The position numbers were made by a program, and so were the translations under genes. The notes under the pieces are model-generated. The model did not search any database, had not been told where the DNA came from, and saw only the letters and a list, made by a program, of their open reading frames with translations. From Eubacteriales bacterium (GTDB lineage Bacteria; Bacillota; Clostridia; Oscillospirales; CAG-272): 64,000 nt of DNA. Within the stretch, counting starts at the first letter, position 1; each line of letters begins with the position of its first letter. Positions 9,750 through 18,109 of the stretch are shown in pieces. The stretch covers positions 3,776-67,775 of the forward strand of contig JBGVPD010000001.1 in assembly GCA_045126815.1 (NCBI GenBank), given 5' to 3'.

Positions 9750-10516
9750 ATAAAGTAGTTTTTGTCAAAAAACTCTTTATATACATTTTTATTACCGGCA
9801 ATAACGGGTGTTCGTTTGTTTAAGGGGAGTGTGTTTTGATTAAAGTCGGTAACAATACCGCCTGCTTCAGTTATGATAAGACTTCCTGCCGCATAATCCC
9901 AAGGAAAAAGACTGTATTCGAAAAAAAGATCGTGTCTTCCGCAGGCAGTATAACAAAGATCAAGTGCCGCTGATCCCGTTCTTCTTATATCTTCACAATC
10001 GACAAGTATTTTTGATATTATTTTGCCCGTCTTTTCTAAAAGGTCGGGGTAATAGGGAGATGTGCCAAACGAAACGAATGAATTTTTTAATTCGTTATCA
10101 GAAACGTGAATTTTATCTCCGTTTAAGTATGCGCCTTTTCCTTTTTCTGCGTAAAATATTTCATTTAAGTACGGCTGTATTACGACACCTATGGTAACTT
10201 CTCCGTTTTCGCATAGAGCTAGGGAAATAGCGCTGTGTTTGTACGTTCTTCTGAAGTTTGCTGTTCCGTCGATAGGATCGCATATAAAGCAGGTGTCCGA
10301 ATAAGGATCTATATTGTTACAGTCATCTTCTTCACCCATAAATTTTATATCAGGATATTTTTCTTGCAGTTTGTTTTTTATAAACGCTTGAACCTTTCTG
10401 TCGTAGACAGTAACGAAATTTCTGTCACCTTTTTTGTCGGTGTTTTCGTCAATGTTTTGAGCTTGAAGCATAATTTCAGATGCTAATTTTAAAGTTTCGA
10501 TCATTGTATTAAGCAT
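9746..10516 (-). CDS. Inositol monophosphatase family protein (SuhB-like)
   Basis: Has GEEDD, DPIDGTANF and WDYAAGSLIITEAGG motifs. Confidence 0.85.
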   Translation of the reverse strand: MLNTMIETLKLASEIMLQAQNIDENTDKKGDRNFVTVYDRKVQAFIKNKLQEKYPDIKFMGEEDDCNNIDPYSDTCFICDPIDGTANFRRTYKHSAISLALCENGEVTIGVVIQPYLNEIFYAEKGKGAYLNGDKIHVSDNELKNSFVSFGTSPYYPDLLEKTGKIISKILVDCEDIRRTGSAALDLCYTACGRHDLFFEYSLFPWDYAAGSLIITEAGGIVTDFNQNTLPLNKRTPVIAGNKNVYKEFFDKNYFI

Positions 10517-10600
10517 AACTTTCCCCTATAATATTATTATCTTATTTTTTATATTATAACACATAAATAGCAGTTTACAAGGGTGCTGGGGAAAATAACC

Positions 10601-10629
10601 TTGACAAAATATCAAAAGAAATATATAAT
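10601..10629 (+). promoter_or_regulatory. Sigma-A promoter of the topoisomerase B-subunit gene
   Basis: TTGACA, 17 nt, TATAAT (perfect consensus). Confidence 0.6.
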
Positions 10630-10695
10630 AATTTGTATAGTTTCGTGGGAATTCATTCGTAAAAACCACAATTTCTATTTTTTTGGAGGCAGTAA

Positions 10696-12684
10696 ATGGC
10701 AGAAAAAAGAATGAGCTATGACAACAACAGCATATCTGCGCTGAAAGGTGCGGACAGAGTAAGATTAAGACCGGCGGTTATATTTGGTTCCGACGGGCTT
10801 GAGGGTTGCGAACATTCTGTTTTTGAAATTCTGTCCAATGCCGTTGACGAGGCAAGAGAAGGTTACGGTGACAGGATAATAATTACCGTATTTGCCGACA
10901 AGTCAATTGAGATCGAAGACTTTGGACGCGGCGTCCCTATGGGTTATAACGAAAAAGAAAAGTGTTATAACTGGGAATTGGTTTACTGCGAATTGTATGC
11001 GGGAAGTAAGTATAACAATAATACCGACGGCGCTTACGAATATTCGTTGGGTACGAACGGTCTTGGTGCTTGCGCTACACAGTATTCTTCCGAATATATG
11101 AAGGTTCGTTCTTTTAATGGAAAAGAAGTTTCCGAAATGAACTTCAAAAAAGGTAAGCCTTCGGGGAAATTTACAGTTAGAGAAATAGAAAAACGAGAGA
11201 AAAAACACGGTACTATTATAAAATGGCGTCCTGATATTGAAGTTTTTACGGATATAAATATCCCTCTTGAGTTTTTTACCGAGATGCTTAAAAAACAGTC
11301 GGTGGTAAATTCGGGCATAAAGTTTGAATTGTACTACGAGACCGAAGAGGGGAAGTTTGAAAATTTTGAGTTTGTTTATCCGAACGGTATTGCTGATTAC
11401 GTTGTTGAACTTGCAGGAGAAAATCCGCTTACTCAGCCTGTGATCTGGAGCTATGAGGACGAGGGACGTGACAGAGAGGACAAAGACGATTATAAGCTTA
11501 AGGCTGAGATCGCTTTTTGTTCATCGAATACGTCAAATATTATTGAGTATTATCATAACTCAAGTTTTCTTGAGCATGGCGGTTCGCCTGATAAGGCTGT
11601 AAAGAATGCTTTTGTATATGAAATTGATAAATTTTTAAAGAACAGCGGTAAATACCTCAAGAATGAAAGCAAGATAAGCTTTAATGATATTGAGGATTGT
11701 TTGGTTCTTGTTTCAAACAGCTTTTCAACGCAAACGTCTTACGCTAACCAAACAAAAAAGGCAATAAGCAATCCTTTTATTGCCGAAAGTATGACAAATT
11801 TCTTGAAGAGCAAACTTGAGGTCTATTTCAAGGAAAAACAGATCGAGGCAGAGAGATTTGCCAATCAGGTTTTGGTTAACAAAAGAAGCCGAGAAAATGC
11901 AGAAAAGACAAGGGTTAACCTTAAGAAGAAGCTTAGCGGCACAATGGATATTGCAAATCGCGTTGAAAAATACGTTGATTGCAGAACAAAGGACGGAACG
12001 AGACGCGAACTCTATATAGTAGAGGGTGACTCGGCTATGGGTTCTTGTAAGCTCGGCAGAAATGCTGAGTATCAGGCTATTATACCGGTCAGAGGAAAAA
12101 CTCTTAACTGCTTAAAAAGCACTTATGACAAGATATTTAAAAATGATATCATAGTGGATCTGCTTAAAGTTATAGGATGTGGAGTCGAAATTACAACTAA
12201 AGTAAAAGGTGATGTTGTTCCTTTTGATTTAGAGTCGTTGAATTGGTCAAAAATTATTATATGTACGGATGCTGACGAAGACGGTTTCCAGATCAGAACT
12301 TTGATCTTGACTATGTTTTACAGACTTCTTCCTACGCTTATTAAAGAGGGAAAAGTATATATAGCAGAGTCCCCACTATTTGAAATTTCATGCGGTGACG
12401 ATATTTATTTTGCTTATAACGAAGCAGAGAAGAATGAGATAATCAAGAATTTGGGTAAATCAAGATACACAGTTCAGCGTTCAAAGGGACTTGGTGAAAA
12501 CCAACCCGATATGATGTGGCAGACTACCATGAACCCCGCGACAAGAAGACTTGTAAAGGTAGAACCTGCAAACGCTGAGGAAACAGAAAGAATTTTTGAT
12601 ACACTTTTGGGAGATAATCTTGCTGAAAGAAAGAAATTTATCACACTTCACGGTAATGAGTATCTTGCTGAGGCGGATATATAA
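10696..12684 (+). CDS. parE: Type IIA DNA topoisomerase subunit B (ParE-like paralogue)
   Basis: GHKL ATPase N-terminus, TOPRIM EGDSA, and PL(R/K)GK (PVRGKTLN). No A-subunit gene is adjacent. Confidence 0.85.
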   Translation: MAEKRMSYDNNSISALKGADRVRLRPAVIFGSDGLEGCEHSVFEILSNAVDEAREGYGDRIIITVFADKSIEIEDFGRGVPMGYNEKEKCYNWELVYCELYAGSKYNNNTDGAYEYSLGTNGLGACATQYSSEYMKVRSFNGKEVSEMNFKKGKPSGKFTVREIEKREKKHGTIIKWRPDIEVFTDINIPLEFFTEMLKKQSVVNSGIKFELYYETEEGKFENFEFVYPNGIADYVVELAGENPLTQPVIWSYEDEGRDREDKDDYKLKAEIAFCSSNTSNIIEYYHNSSFLEHGGSPDKAVKNAFVYEIDKFLKNSGKYLKNESKISFNDIEDCLVLVSNSFSTQTSYANQTKKAISNPFIAESMTNFLKSKLEVYFKEKQIEAERFANQVLVNKRSRENAEKTRVNLKKKLSGTMDIANRVEKYVDCRTKDGTRRELYIVEGDSAMGSCKLGRNAEYQAIIPVRGKTLNCLKSTYDKIFKNDIIVDLLKVIGCGVEITTKVKGDVVPFDLESLNWSKIIICTDADEDGFQIRTLILTMFYRLLPTLIKEGKVYIAESPLFEISCGDDIYFAYNEAEKNEIIKNLGKSRYTVQRSKGLGENQPDMMWQTTMNPATRRLVKVEPANAEETERIFDTLLGDNLAERKKFITLHGNEYLAEADI

Positions 12685-12687
12685 TTA

Positions 12688-12716
12688 TTGACAATAAAGA
12701 TAAAATTTGTTATACT
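12688..12716 (+). promoter_or_regulatory. Sigma-A promoter of the zinc-ribbon gene
   Basis: TTGACA, 17 nt, TATACT. Confidence 0.55.
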
Positions 12717-12751
12717 GTAAATGGATAAATAATCAATAAAGGAGTGTTATT

Positions 12752-13147
12752 ATGGAATTTTGGGATAAGTTTTACAAGAAGGTAACAAAGGCTGCAAATT
12801 ATACGGCGAAGGAAACCGAAAAGTATACCGAAATTACAAAGGTTAAGTTTAATTTGATGCGTGAAAAGAGCAGACTTGAAGATGCATACAAAAAACTTGG
12901 TGAAATTTATTACACTCAGATGAAAACGTCGGAAAACGACGAGAATGCAATTTCACTTGCTTATGACAAGATCGAAAAGAGCATAGTTGAAATCGAAAAG
13001 CTCAGTGCACAGATAAATCTTCTCAAGGATACAAAAGTTTGCGATAAATGCGGAGTTAAACTTGAAAAGGGGATGGACTTTTGTCCCAAGTGCGGCGCAA
13101 AGCAGGCTGAAGAAGTTGAAGAAACAGAAGAAGCTGACGCTGAATAA
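12752..13147 (+). CDS. Coiled-coil / zinc-ribbon domain protein
   Basis: Has CDKCG...x11...CPKCG near the C-terminus, an acidic tail, and a good RBS (AAAGGAG). Confidence 0.7.
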   Translation: MEFWDKFYKKVTKAANYTAKETEKYTEITKVKFNLMREKSRLEDAYKKLGEIYYTQMKTSENDENAISLAYDKIEKSIVEIEKLSAQINLLKDTKVCDKCGVKLEKGMDFCPKCGAKQAEEVEETEEADAE

Positions 13148-13162
13148 TAATTAAACAAAAAT

Positions 13163-13192
13163 AGGGCTTTATGATATTTAAGCCCTTTTTTT
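13163..13192 (+). terminator. Intrinsic terminator 12 nt upstream of the ABC-F start codon
   Basis: Hairpin AGGGCTT / AAGCCCT followed by T7. Confidence 0.65.
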
Positions 13193-13204
13193 ACGGAGAA
13201 TTAA

Positions 13205-15079
13205 ATGATTAGTATTTCGTGTGAAAATATTAATATGACCTTTGGCAGCGATGAGATAATTAAGAAAGTCTCGTTTGCTCTTAACGAAGGAGATAAACTC
13301 GGTATCGTAGGTGTAAACGGCGCGGGAAAAACTACGCTGTTTCGAATAATTACCGGAGAATACGTTCCAAGCGAGGGAAACGTTTATATTGCAAAGGATA
13401 AAACGCTTGGCGTTCTTTCTCAGGAAAACGCTTTTGACGAGGGCGGAACTGTAATTAATGAGATATTGCTGTCTAAAAATGAACTCATAGAGAAAGAAAA
13501 ACAGCTTGAATATATGAGGCTTGAACTTGAAAAGGGGAATGGTGATTTCGCTGAAAAATTTGCAATTCTTCACGATGAGTTTACCAAAGAGGGCGGATTT
13601 GAGTTCAGGGGTAGAGTAAAGGGAACTTTGAAGTTTATGGGCTTTGATGAAAGTATGTGGGATACAAAAATCTCAAAGCTGAGCGGTGGACAAAAGACCA
13701 GACTTGCTATGGTTCGCCTTATTTTAAAAGAGCCTGATATTATGTTGCTTGACGAGCCTACCAACCACCTTGACACATATTCTGTTGAATGGCTTGAAGA
13801 TTTTTTAAAGAATTATAAGAAGACAGTGTTAATGATCTCTCATGATAGATATTTTCTTGATAGGACCGTTAATAAGATTCTTGAAATAGAAAACGGTAAC
13901 GGTAAGATATATAACGGAAATTATACTTCATTTACCGAACAGAAAAAAGTAGACCGCGAGATTCAGGAAAGACACTATAAAAACCAACAAAGAGAAATAG
14001 CAAGAATAGAAAGTTATATTGAACAGCAAAGACGTTGGAACAGGGAAAGAAATATTATTGCCGCAGAGAGCAGACAAAAAATGCTCGATAAGATGGAGAA
14101 GATAGACCGTCCCGAAAATTTGCCCGAAAGTATAAGATTTAAATTTACATCGTCAACCGAAAGCGGAAACGATGTCTTGAAGGTAACCGGTATATCAAAG
14201 GGCTTTGGTAATAAGGTGTTGTTCTCGGACGTAAGTTTTGAAATTCATAAGAGAGAGCACGTGTTTATTACAGGTCACAACGGTTGCGGCAAGTCGACGT
14301 TGATAAAAATTTTAGCTGACAGACTTCGTGTTGATGACGGAAAGATGGAATACGGATATAACGTTAAGGTCGGATATTATGATCAGGAAAATCAGGAACT
14401 TAACGAAGATAATACTGTACTCGAGGAACTGTGGAGTACATATGAAAACCTTACTCAGACCGAGGTAAGAAATGCGTTAGCACTCTTTCTTTTTAAGGGT
14501 GACGATATTGTGAAAAAAGTTTCAATGCTGAGTGGTGGCGAGAAAGCAAGACTAACGTTATGTAAGCTTATACTTTCAAAAATGAACGTGCTTATTCTTG
14601 ATGAACCTACCAACCATTTGGATATTAATTCGCGCGAGGCGCTTGAAAATGCACTTCTTGCTTTTGACGGTACGATCATAGCTGTAACTCACGACAGATA
14701 CTTTTTGTCGAAACTTGCAAATCGTATTCTTGATTTTGATAATGGTAAAGTTTCGGATTTTATCGGTACTTATGATGAGTTTTGCAGATACAAAAAAGGA
14801 AAAGAACAATTTCAAGCAGAGGTAACAAGAGAACAGATTGTAACAACGTCAAAAGAAAACTATTTGCAAAGCAAAAAAGAGCAAGCAGAGATAAGAAAGG
14901 CTGAAAGAAAACTTAAACTTGCAAAAGAAGAGGCAGATAAAATCGAGAAGCTGCTTGAAGAAATTGAAGTTGAGATAGAAGAGAGTGCGACCGATTATGT
15001 AAGATCGGCAGAATTGTGGGAGAAAAAAGAAGAGCTTGAAGCAAGACTTCTTGAACTGTATGAAATAATTGATATATAA
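13205..15079 (+). CDS. ABC-F family ATPase (translation-factor type, YdiF/Uup-like)
   Basis: Two NBDs (GVNGAGKTT / LSGGQKTR and GHNGCGKST / LSGGEKAR). The inter-domain linker is ~65 aa. A C-terminal coiled coil is present and there is no TMD. Confidence 0.9.
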   Translation: MISISCENINMTFGSDEIIKKVSFALNEGDKLGIVGVNGAGKTTLFRIITGEYVPSEGNVYIAKDKTLGVLSQENAFDEGGTVINEILLSKNELIEKEKQLEYMRLELEKGNGDFAEKFAILHDEFTKEGGFEFRGRVKGTLKFMGFDESMWDTKISKLSGGQKTRLAMVRLILKEPDIMLLDEPTNHLDTYSVEWLEDFLKNYKKTVLMISHDRYFLDRTVNKILEIENGNGKIYNGNYTSFTEQKKVDREIQERHYKNQQREIARIESYIEQQRRWNRERNIIAAESRQKMLDKMEKIDRPENLPESIRFKFTSSTESGNDVLKVTGISKGFGNKVLFSDVSFEIHKREHVFITGHNGCGKSTLIKILADRLRVDDGKMEYGYNVKVGYYDQENQELNEDNTVLEELWSTYENLTQTEVRNALALFLFKGDDIVKKVSMLSGGEKARLTLCKLILSKMNVLILDEPTNHLDINSREALENALLAFDGTIIAVTHDRYFLSKLANRILDFDNGKVSDFIGTYDEFCRYKKGKEQFQAEVTREQIVTTSKENYLQSKKEQAEIRKAERKLKLAKEEADKIEKLLEEIEVEIEESATDYVRSAELWEKKEELEARLLELYEIIDI

Positions 15080-15080
15080 A

Positions 15081-15117
15081 ATAATGGAGTGTACGGTGTT
15101 GCCGTACACTCCATTAT
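15081..15117. terminator. Bidirectional terminator between the ABC-F and DUF378 genes
   Basis: 16-bp stem ataatggagtgtacgg / ccgtacactccattat, flanked by A and T runs. Confidence 0.75.
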
Positions 15118-15119
15118 TT

Positions 15120-15329
15120 TTAGTTTTCTTCAAAAATGTCCTCTCGTCTTCTGAAAAGAAGAGAAACACACCAGAGGGCAGAAAGTCCGACCAATGTGTA
15201 AATAATTCTGCTTACTAAATCAGCTTGTCCGCCAAAAAGCCAACTTACAATATCAAATCTGAAAAGACCGACACTGCCCCAGTTAAGACCGCCGACAATA
15301 AGCAATATAAGAGAAATTCTGTCAAGCAT
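15120..15329 (-). CDS. DUF378 family small membrane protein
   Basis: 69 aa with LLIVGGLNWGSVGLFRFDIV. Confidence 0.8.
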   Translation of the reverse strand: MLDRISLILLIVGGLNWGSVGLFRFDIVSWLFGGQADLVSRIIYTLVGLSALWCVSLLFRRREDIFEEN

Positions 15330-15412
15330 TTTTTTTCAGCTCCTTAATTTTTAAAATTTGAGCATTATTATGATTGACAGAATTAAAAAAATTATTCACT
15401 TTTTGTGTTATC

Positions 15413-16270
15413 TCAATTATCAGTAATTGGTTCAAGTAATGTTACGGTCGTATTTCCTACGCCGACATACGAAACGAACTGACCGTTAGGCGTTTCGTTT
15501 GTTGTTTCGTACTTGCCTTTATATTCTTCTGAGTTGATATTGATTTTACCGGCTTCGTTTTTAATTGAGTAATCGTAAATAATGTTAGACTGAGTTTTAA
15601 AGTCTATGTTACCGTTTTCGATGGAAATATCGGTGTTAAGGATATAGGAGTTATCTATGTCAACGTTACCGTTTTTGATCTCAACATCAAGAAGGGAGAT
15701 CTTAGCAGTGTCGACAACAGAAACGTTTCCGGTATCAAGCGTTACAGTAAAGTCACAGACCTTGTCTGCCATATTCTTTATGTTAACGTTGCCGTTTTCT
15801 AATTTGATGTTAAATATTTTTACGGCAGAATCATTTGTAACATAGATATTAACTGCTTTTTCGGTGTTATGTTTGTCAAATCTTAAATAATCTCTTACTC
15901 CGTTGAAGCTGATCTTACCGCCTTCAGCACGTCCAACCATAGCAGATATAATATCACTGTCTATGTTGAACGAGCGGTTGTTTACGTATGCTGAATATTC
16001 GATCGAGTTTAAATTTACTATCTCGGCGTAACATTCATCAGCGCCACCGATAATGTTTATATCCGTGTTAATAAGTGATAAGTTGATCTTATTGGTATCA
16101 TCTGCAGGAAAGTCGATTTTTTCTACGAGATCGTTGTTGTCATTAAGAGTTTGCTGGAAAAGTTTGAGATCATTTTTTTCAGCCGCTTTAATTGCATTGT
16201 TGCGCAAAACATTTCCCGTAATTATAAGAGCTACTGAGATTATGAGGAAAAATATAGACGTCTTTTTCAT
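15413..16270 (-). CDS. DUF4097 (LiaG-like, beta-helical 'putative adhesin') protein with an N-terminal anchor
   Basis: N-terminal TM helix followed by repeated GNV/GNI...I/V beta-strand units. Confidence 0.7.
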   Translation of the reverse strand: MKKTSIFFLIISVALIITGNVLRNNAIKAAEKNDLKLFQQTLNDNNDLVEKIDFPADDTNKINLSLINTDINIIGGADECYAEIVNLNSIEYSAYVNNRSFNIDSDIISAMVGRAEGGKISFNGVRDYLRFDKHNTEKAVNIYVTNDSAVKIFNIKLENGNVNIKNMADKVCDFTVTLDTGNVSVVDTAKISLLDVEIKNGNVDIDNSYILNTDISIENGNIDFKTQSNIIYDYSIKNEAGKININSEEYKGKYETTNETPNGQFVSYVGVGNTTVTLLEPITDN

Positions 16271-16273
16271 AAA

Positions 16274-17224
16274 TTATTTTTCCTCCTTTTTTGTGAATTG
16301 GAAATATTTTTTTGTTATTCTTATTGTATAGGCAAACAAGATTTTTAATTGGCGGAAAAGGAAGGGAACAAGTCTTTTAACGTAATTGTACAAAAGTATC
16401 CCTGTTAGCATAGTAGAGCCGCATACTGTAATTCCTATTCCGATTTCGTACATACCGATAGTGGGGTTTTTAAAGCACATATAAATTCCGAAACCGATCG
16501 GTATAAGAGCAAAAATAATTCCGCAAACGATGATTGCAATATATGCTAATGAACAAGCGACTGCCGAAAGTAAAAGTAAAGGGAAAAGTGACAACACAAC
16601 GGCATACCAAGCTATATATATTATAACAGCAAGAGGTAATGTTGCCTTGTAAGCGTTGGGACTTAACTTTTCTTTAAGTTTTTTGATCCATTTTTCCGGA
16701 AGTGTAAGTTTTTCAGCAAAGAACTTTTCAAAATCATATTCCGAAATGTCAAGTTCAAATTTTTCGTCTTCGGCGGGAGCAACCACTTCGTTTATCGTCG
16801 TCTTTTCAAGTTCAGCAGTGATAAATTCAGCTTCTTTTATATGCTCGTCAATATCCGGAGATTTTTCAATTTCTTGAGTCATATCATCAGTGATATCATC
16901 AAAAGTAAGATTTTCGGGTTCTTCCGCAACTATATCAGACGACTGAGGTTCTTCAATAGGAGAAGTCGGTTCTTCTGATACTGTGTTTATATTATCGGTT
17001 TGAACGTCTGTTTTCTTTTTGTTTTTTGCTTTTTCAAGATTTTCAATTGATTTTAAGATGCCTTCTACTCCGCCGGCGCTTTCGATTATTTTGTCTATTT
17101 CGTCAGCAGATTTTCCTTTTAAACAATTTTCAAATATTTTTACGTGTTTATCGGCTGCTTCATCAGTCAGATTCATTTGTATAAGTCTGTCTCTTATTGT
17201 TGCTAAAAAGATAAACTTTTCCAC
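16274..17224 (-). CDS. DUF1700-like membrane protein (helical N-domain, acidic linker, 4 TM)
   Basis: GTG start after AGGAGG. N-terminus has FL..IRDRL...GKSADEIDKIIESAGG. It ends 3 nt before the DUF4097 gene. Confidence 0.6.
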   Translation of the reverse strand: MEKFIFLATIRDRLIQMNLTDEAADKHVKIFENCLKGKSADEIDKIIESAGGVEGILKSIENLEKAKNKKKTDVQTDNINTVSEEPTSPIEEPQSSDIVAEEPENLTFDDITDDMTQEIEKSPDIDEHIKEAEFITAELEKTTINEVVAPAEDEKFELDISEYDFEKFFAEKLTLPEKWIKKLKEKLSPNAYKATLPLAVIIYIAWYAVVLSLFPLLLLSAVACSLAYIAIIVCGIIFALIPIGFGIYMCFKNPTIGMYEIGIGITVCGSTMLTGILLYNYVKRLVPFLFRQLKILFAYTIRITKKYFQFTKKEEK

Positions 17225-17292
17225 TTTATATTAAACCTCCTGAAAAATTACGGTAAAATGTTGTTTTAAGTCAAAATTTATGTTATAATACT

Positions 17293-17320
17293 ATTATAAC
17301 ACATAATTTGAAAATTGCAA
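17293..17320 (-). promoter_or_regulatory. Candidate promoter of the DUF1700-DUF4097 operon
   Basis: On the minus strand: TTGCAA, 16 nt, TGT-TATAAT. Confidence 0.45.
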
Positions 17321-17385
17321 TAATCTAGTTGCTTGTAAATCATAAAAAATATATGTATATTCGATAATGAAATGAGGATAAATAT

Positions 17386-18000
17386 ATGAGAGCGAGAAAA
17401 AAGAAAAACGGCGAGAAGAGGCTTGAGGCGGTAAGTGAATATTTTATAGAAAAACCTATACTTTCCCCCGATAAAAAGACGTTTGTTGAAATCGGTTGCG
17501 GAAAAGGGAAATTTATAATTGAAAATGCGGAAAAAAATCCCGATATTGATTATATAGCGGTAGAAAAGGTGCCGGACGTTATTTTGTTAGCAGCAGAGAA
17601 GGCAAAAGAACGTGATATAAAGAATATCAGATTTATGATATGTGACGCGAAGGAGTTAACAGAACTTTTTGGAGAAAATTCGGTAGATCTGATATATCTT
17701 AATTTTTCTGATCCGTGGCCTAAAGCTAAGCATTATAAGAGAAGACTTACATACAAGACTTTCCTTGATGTTTATAGAAGTATATTAAAACCGGATGGGG
17801 CTGTCTTTTTCAAAACGGATAATATAGGATTGTTTGAATTTTCTCTTGAGCAGTTTACTCTTGATAATTGGAATTTAAAGAACGTAACATACGACCTTCA
17901 TAACAGTGAATTTGCTGAAGATAATATAATGACAGAGTATGAGAAGAATTTTTCGGAAAAAGGATTTAACATCAACCGCCTTGAAGCGTGGATTAAATAA
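17386..18000 (+). CDS. trmB: tRNA (guanine46-N7)-methyltransferase
   Basis: Has EIGCGKG and FSDPWPKAKHYKRRL motifs. Confidence 0.9.
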   Translation: MRARKKKNGEKRLEAVSEYFIEKPILSPDKKTFVEIGCGKGKFIIENAEKNPDIDYIAVEKVPDVILLAAEKAKERDIKNIRFMICDAKELTELFGENSVDLIYLNFSDPWPKAKHYKRRLTYKTFLDVYRSILKPDGAVFFKTDNIGLFEFSLEQFTLDNWNLKNVTYDLHNSEFAEDNIMTEYEKNFSEKGFNINRLEAWIK

Positions 18001-18008
18001 AAAATTAT

Positions 18009-18039
18009 AGACCGATATTTATTATATGTCGGTCTTTTT
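18009..18039 (+). terminator. Terminator of trmB
   Basis: Hairpin agaccgatat / atgtcggtct followed by TTTTT. Confidence 0.7.
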
Positions 18040-18050
18040 CTTTTTAAACG

Positions 18051-18089
18051 AAAATAAAAAATAGAAGGCCTTGCAGTAAAGCCTTCTAT
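18051..18089 (-). terminator. Terminator of the Zn-dehydrogenase gene
   Basis: Hairpin atagaaggc / gccttctat. A plus-strand A-run gives the minus-strand T-run. Confidence 0.65.
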
Positions 18090-18109
18090 TATATTTTTGT
18101 AGTAAAGAA

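Noticed and set aside
9746-10516. The IMPase-family gene as an alternative (HisN-type) histidinol-phosphate phosphatase
   Set aside because: The his operon already ends with a PHP-family histidinol phosphatase. This gene sits in an unrelated operon 12 kb away.
13205-15079. The ABC-F protein as an antibiotic-resistance (ARE) factor
   Set aside because: The inter-NBD linker is ~65 aa, which is EttA/YdiF/Uup-like rather than the extended ARD of Vga/Lsa/VmlR types. A Uup/YdiF-type C-terminal coiled coil is present. Phylogeny would be needed to say more.
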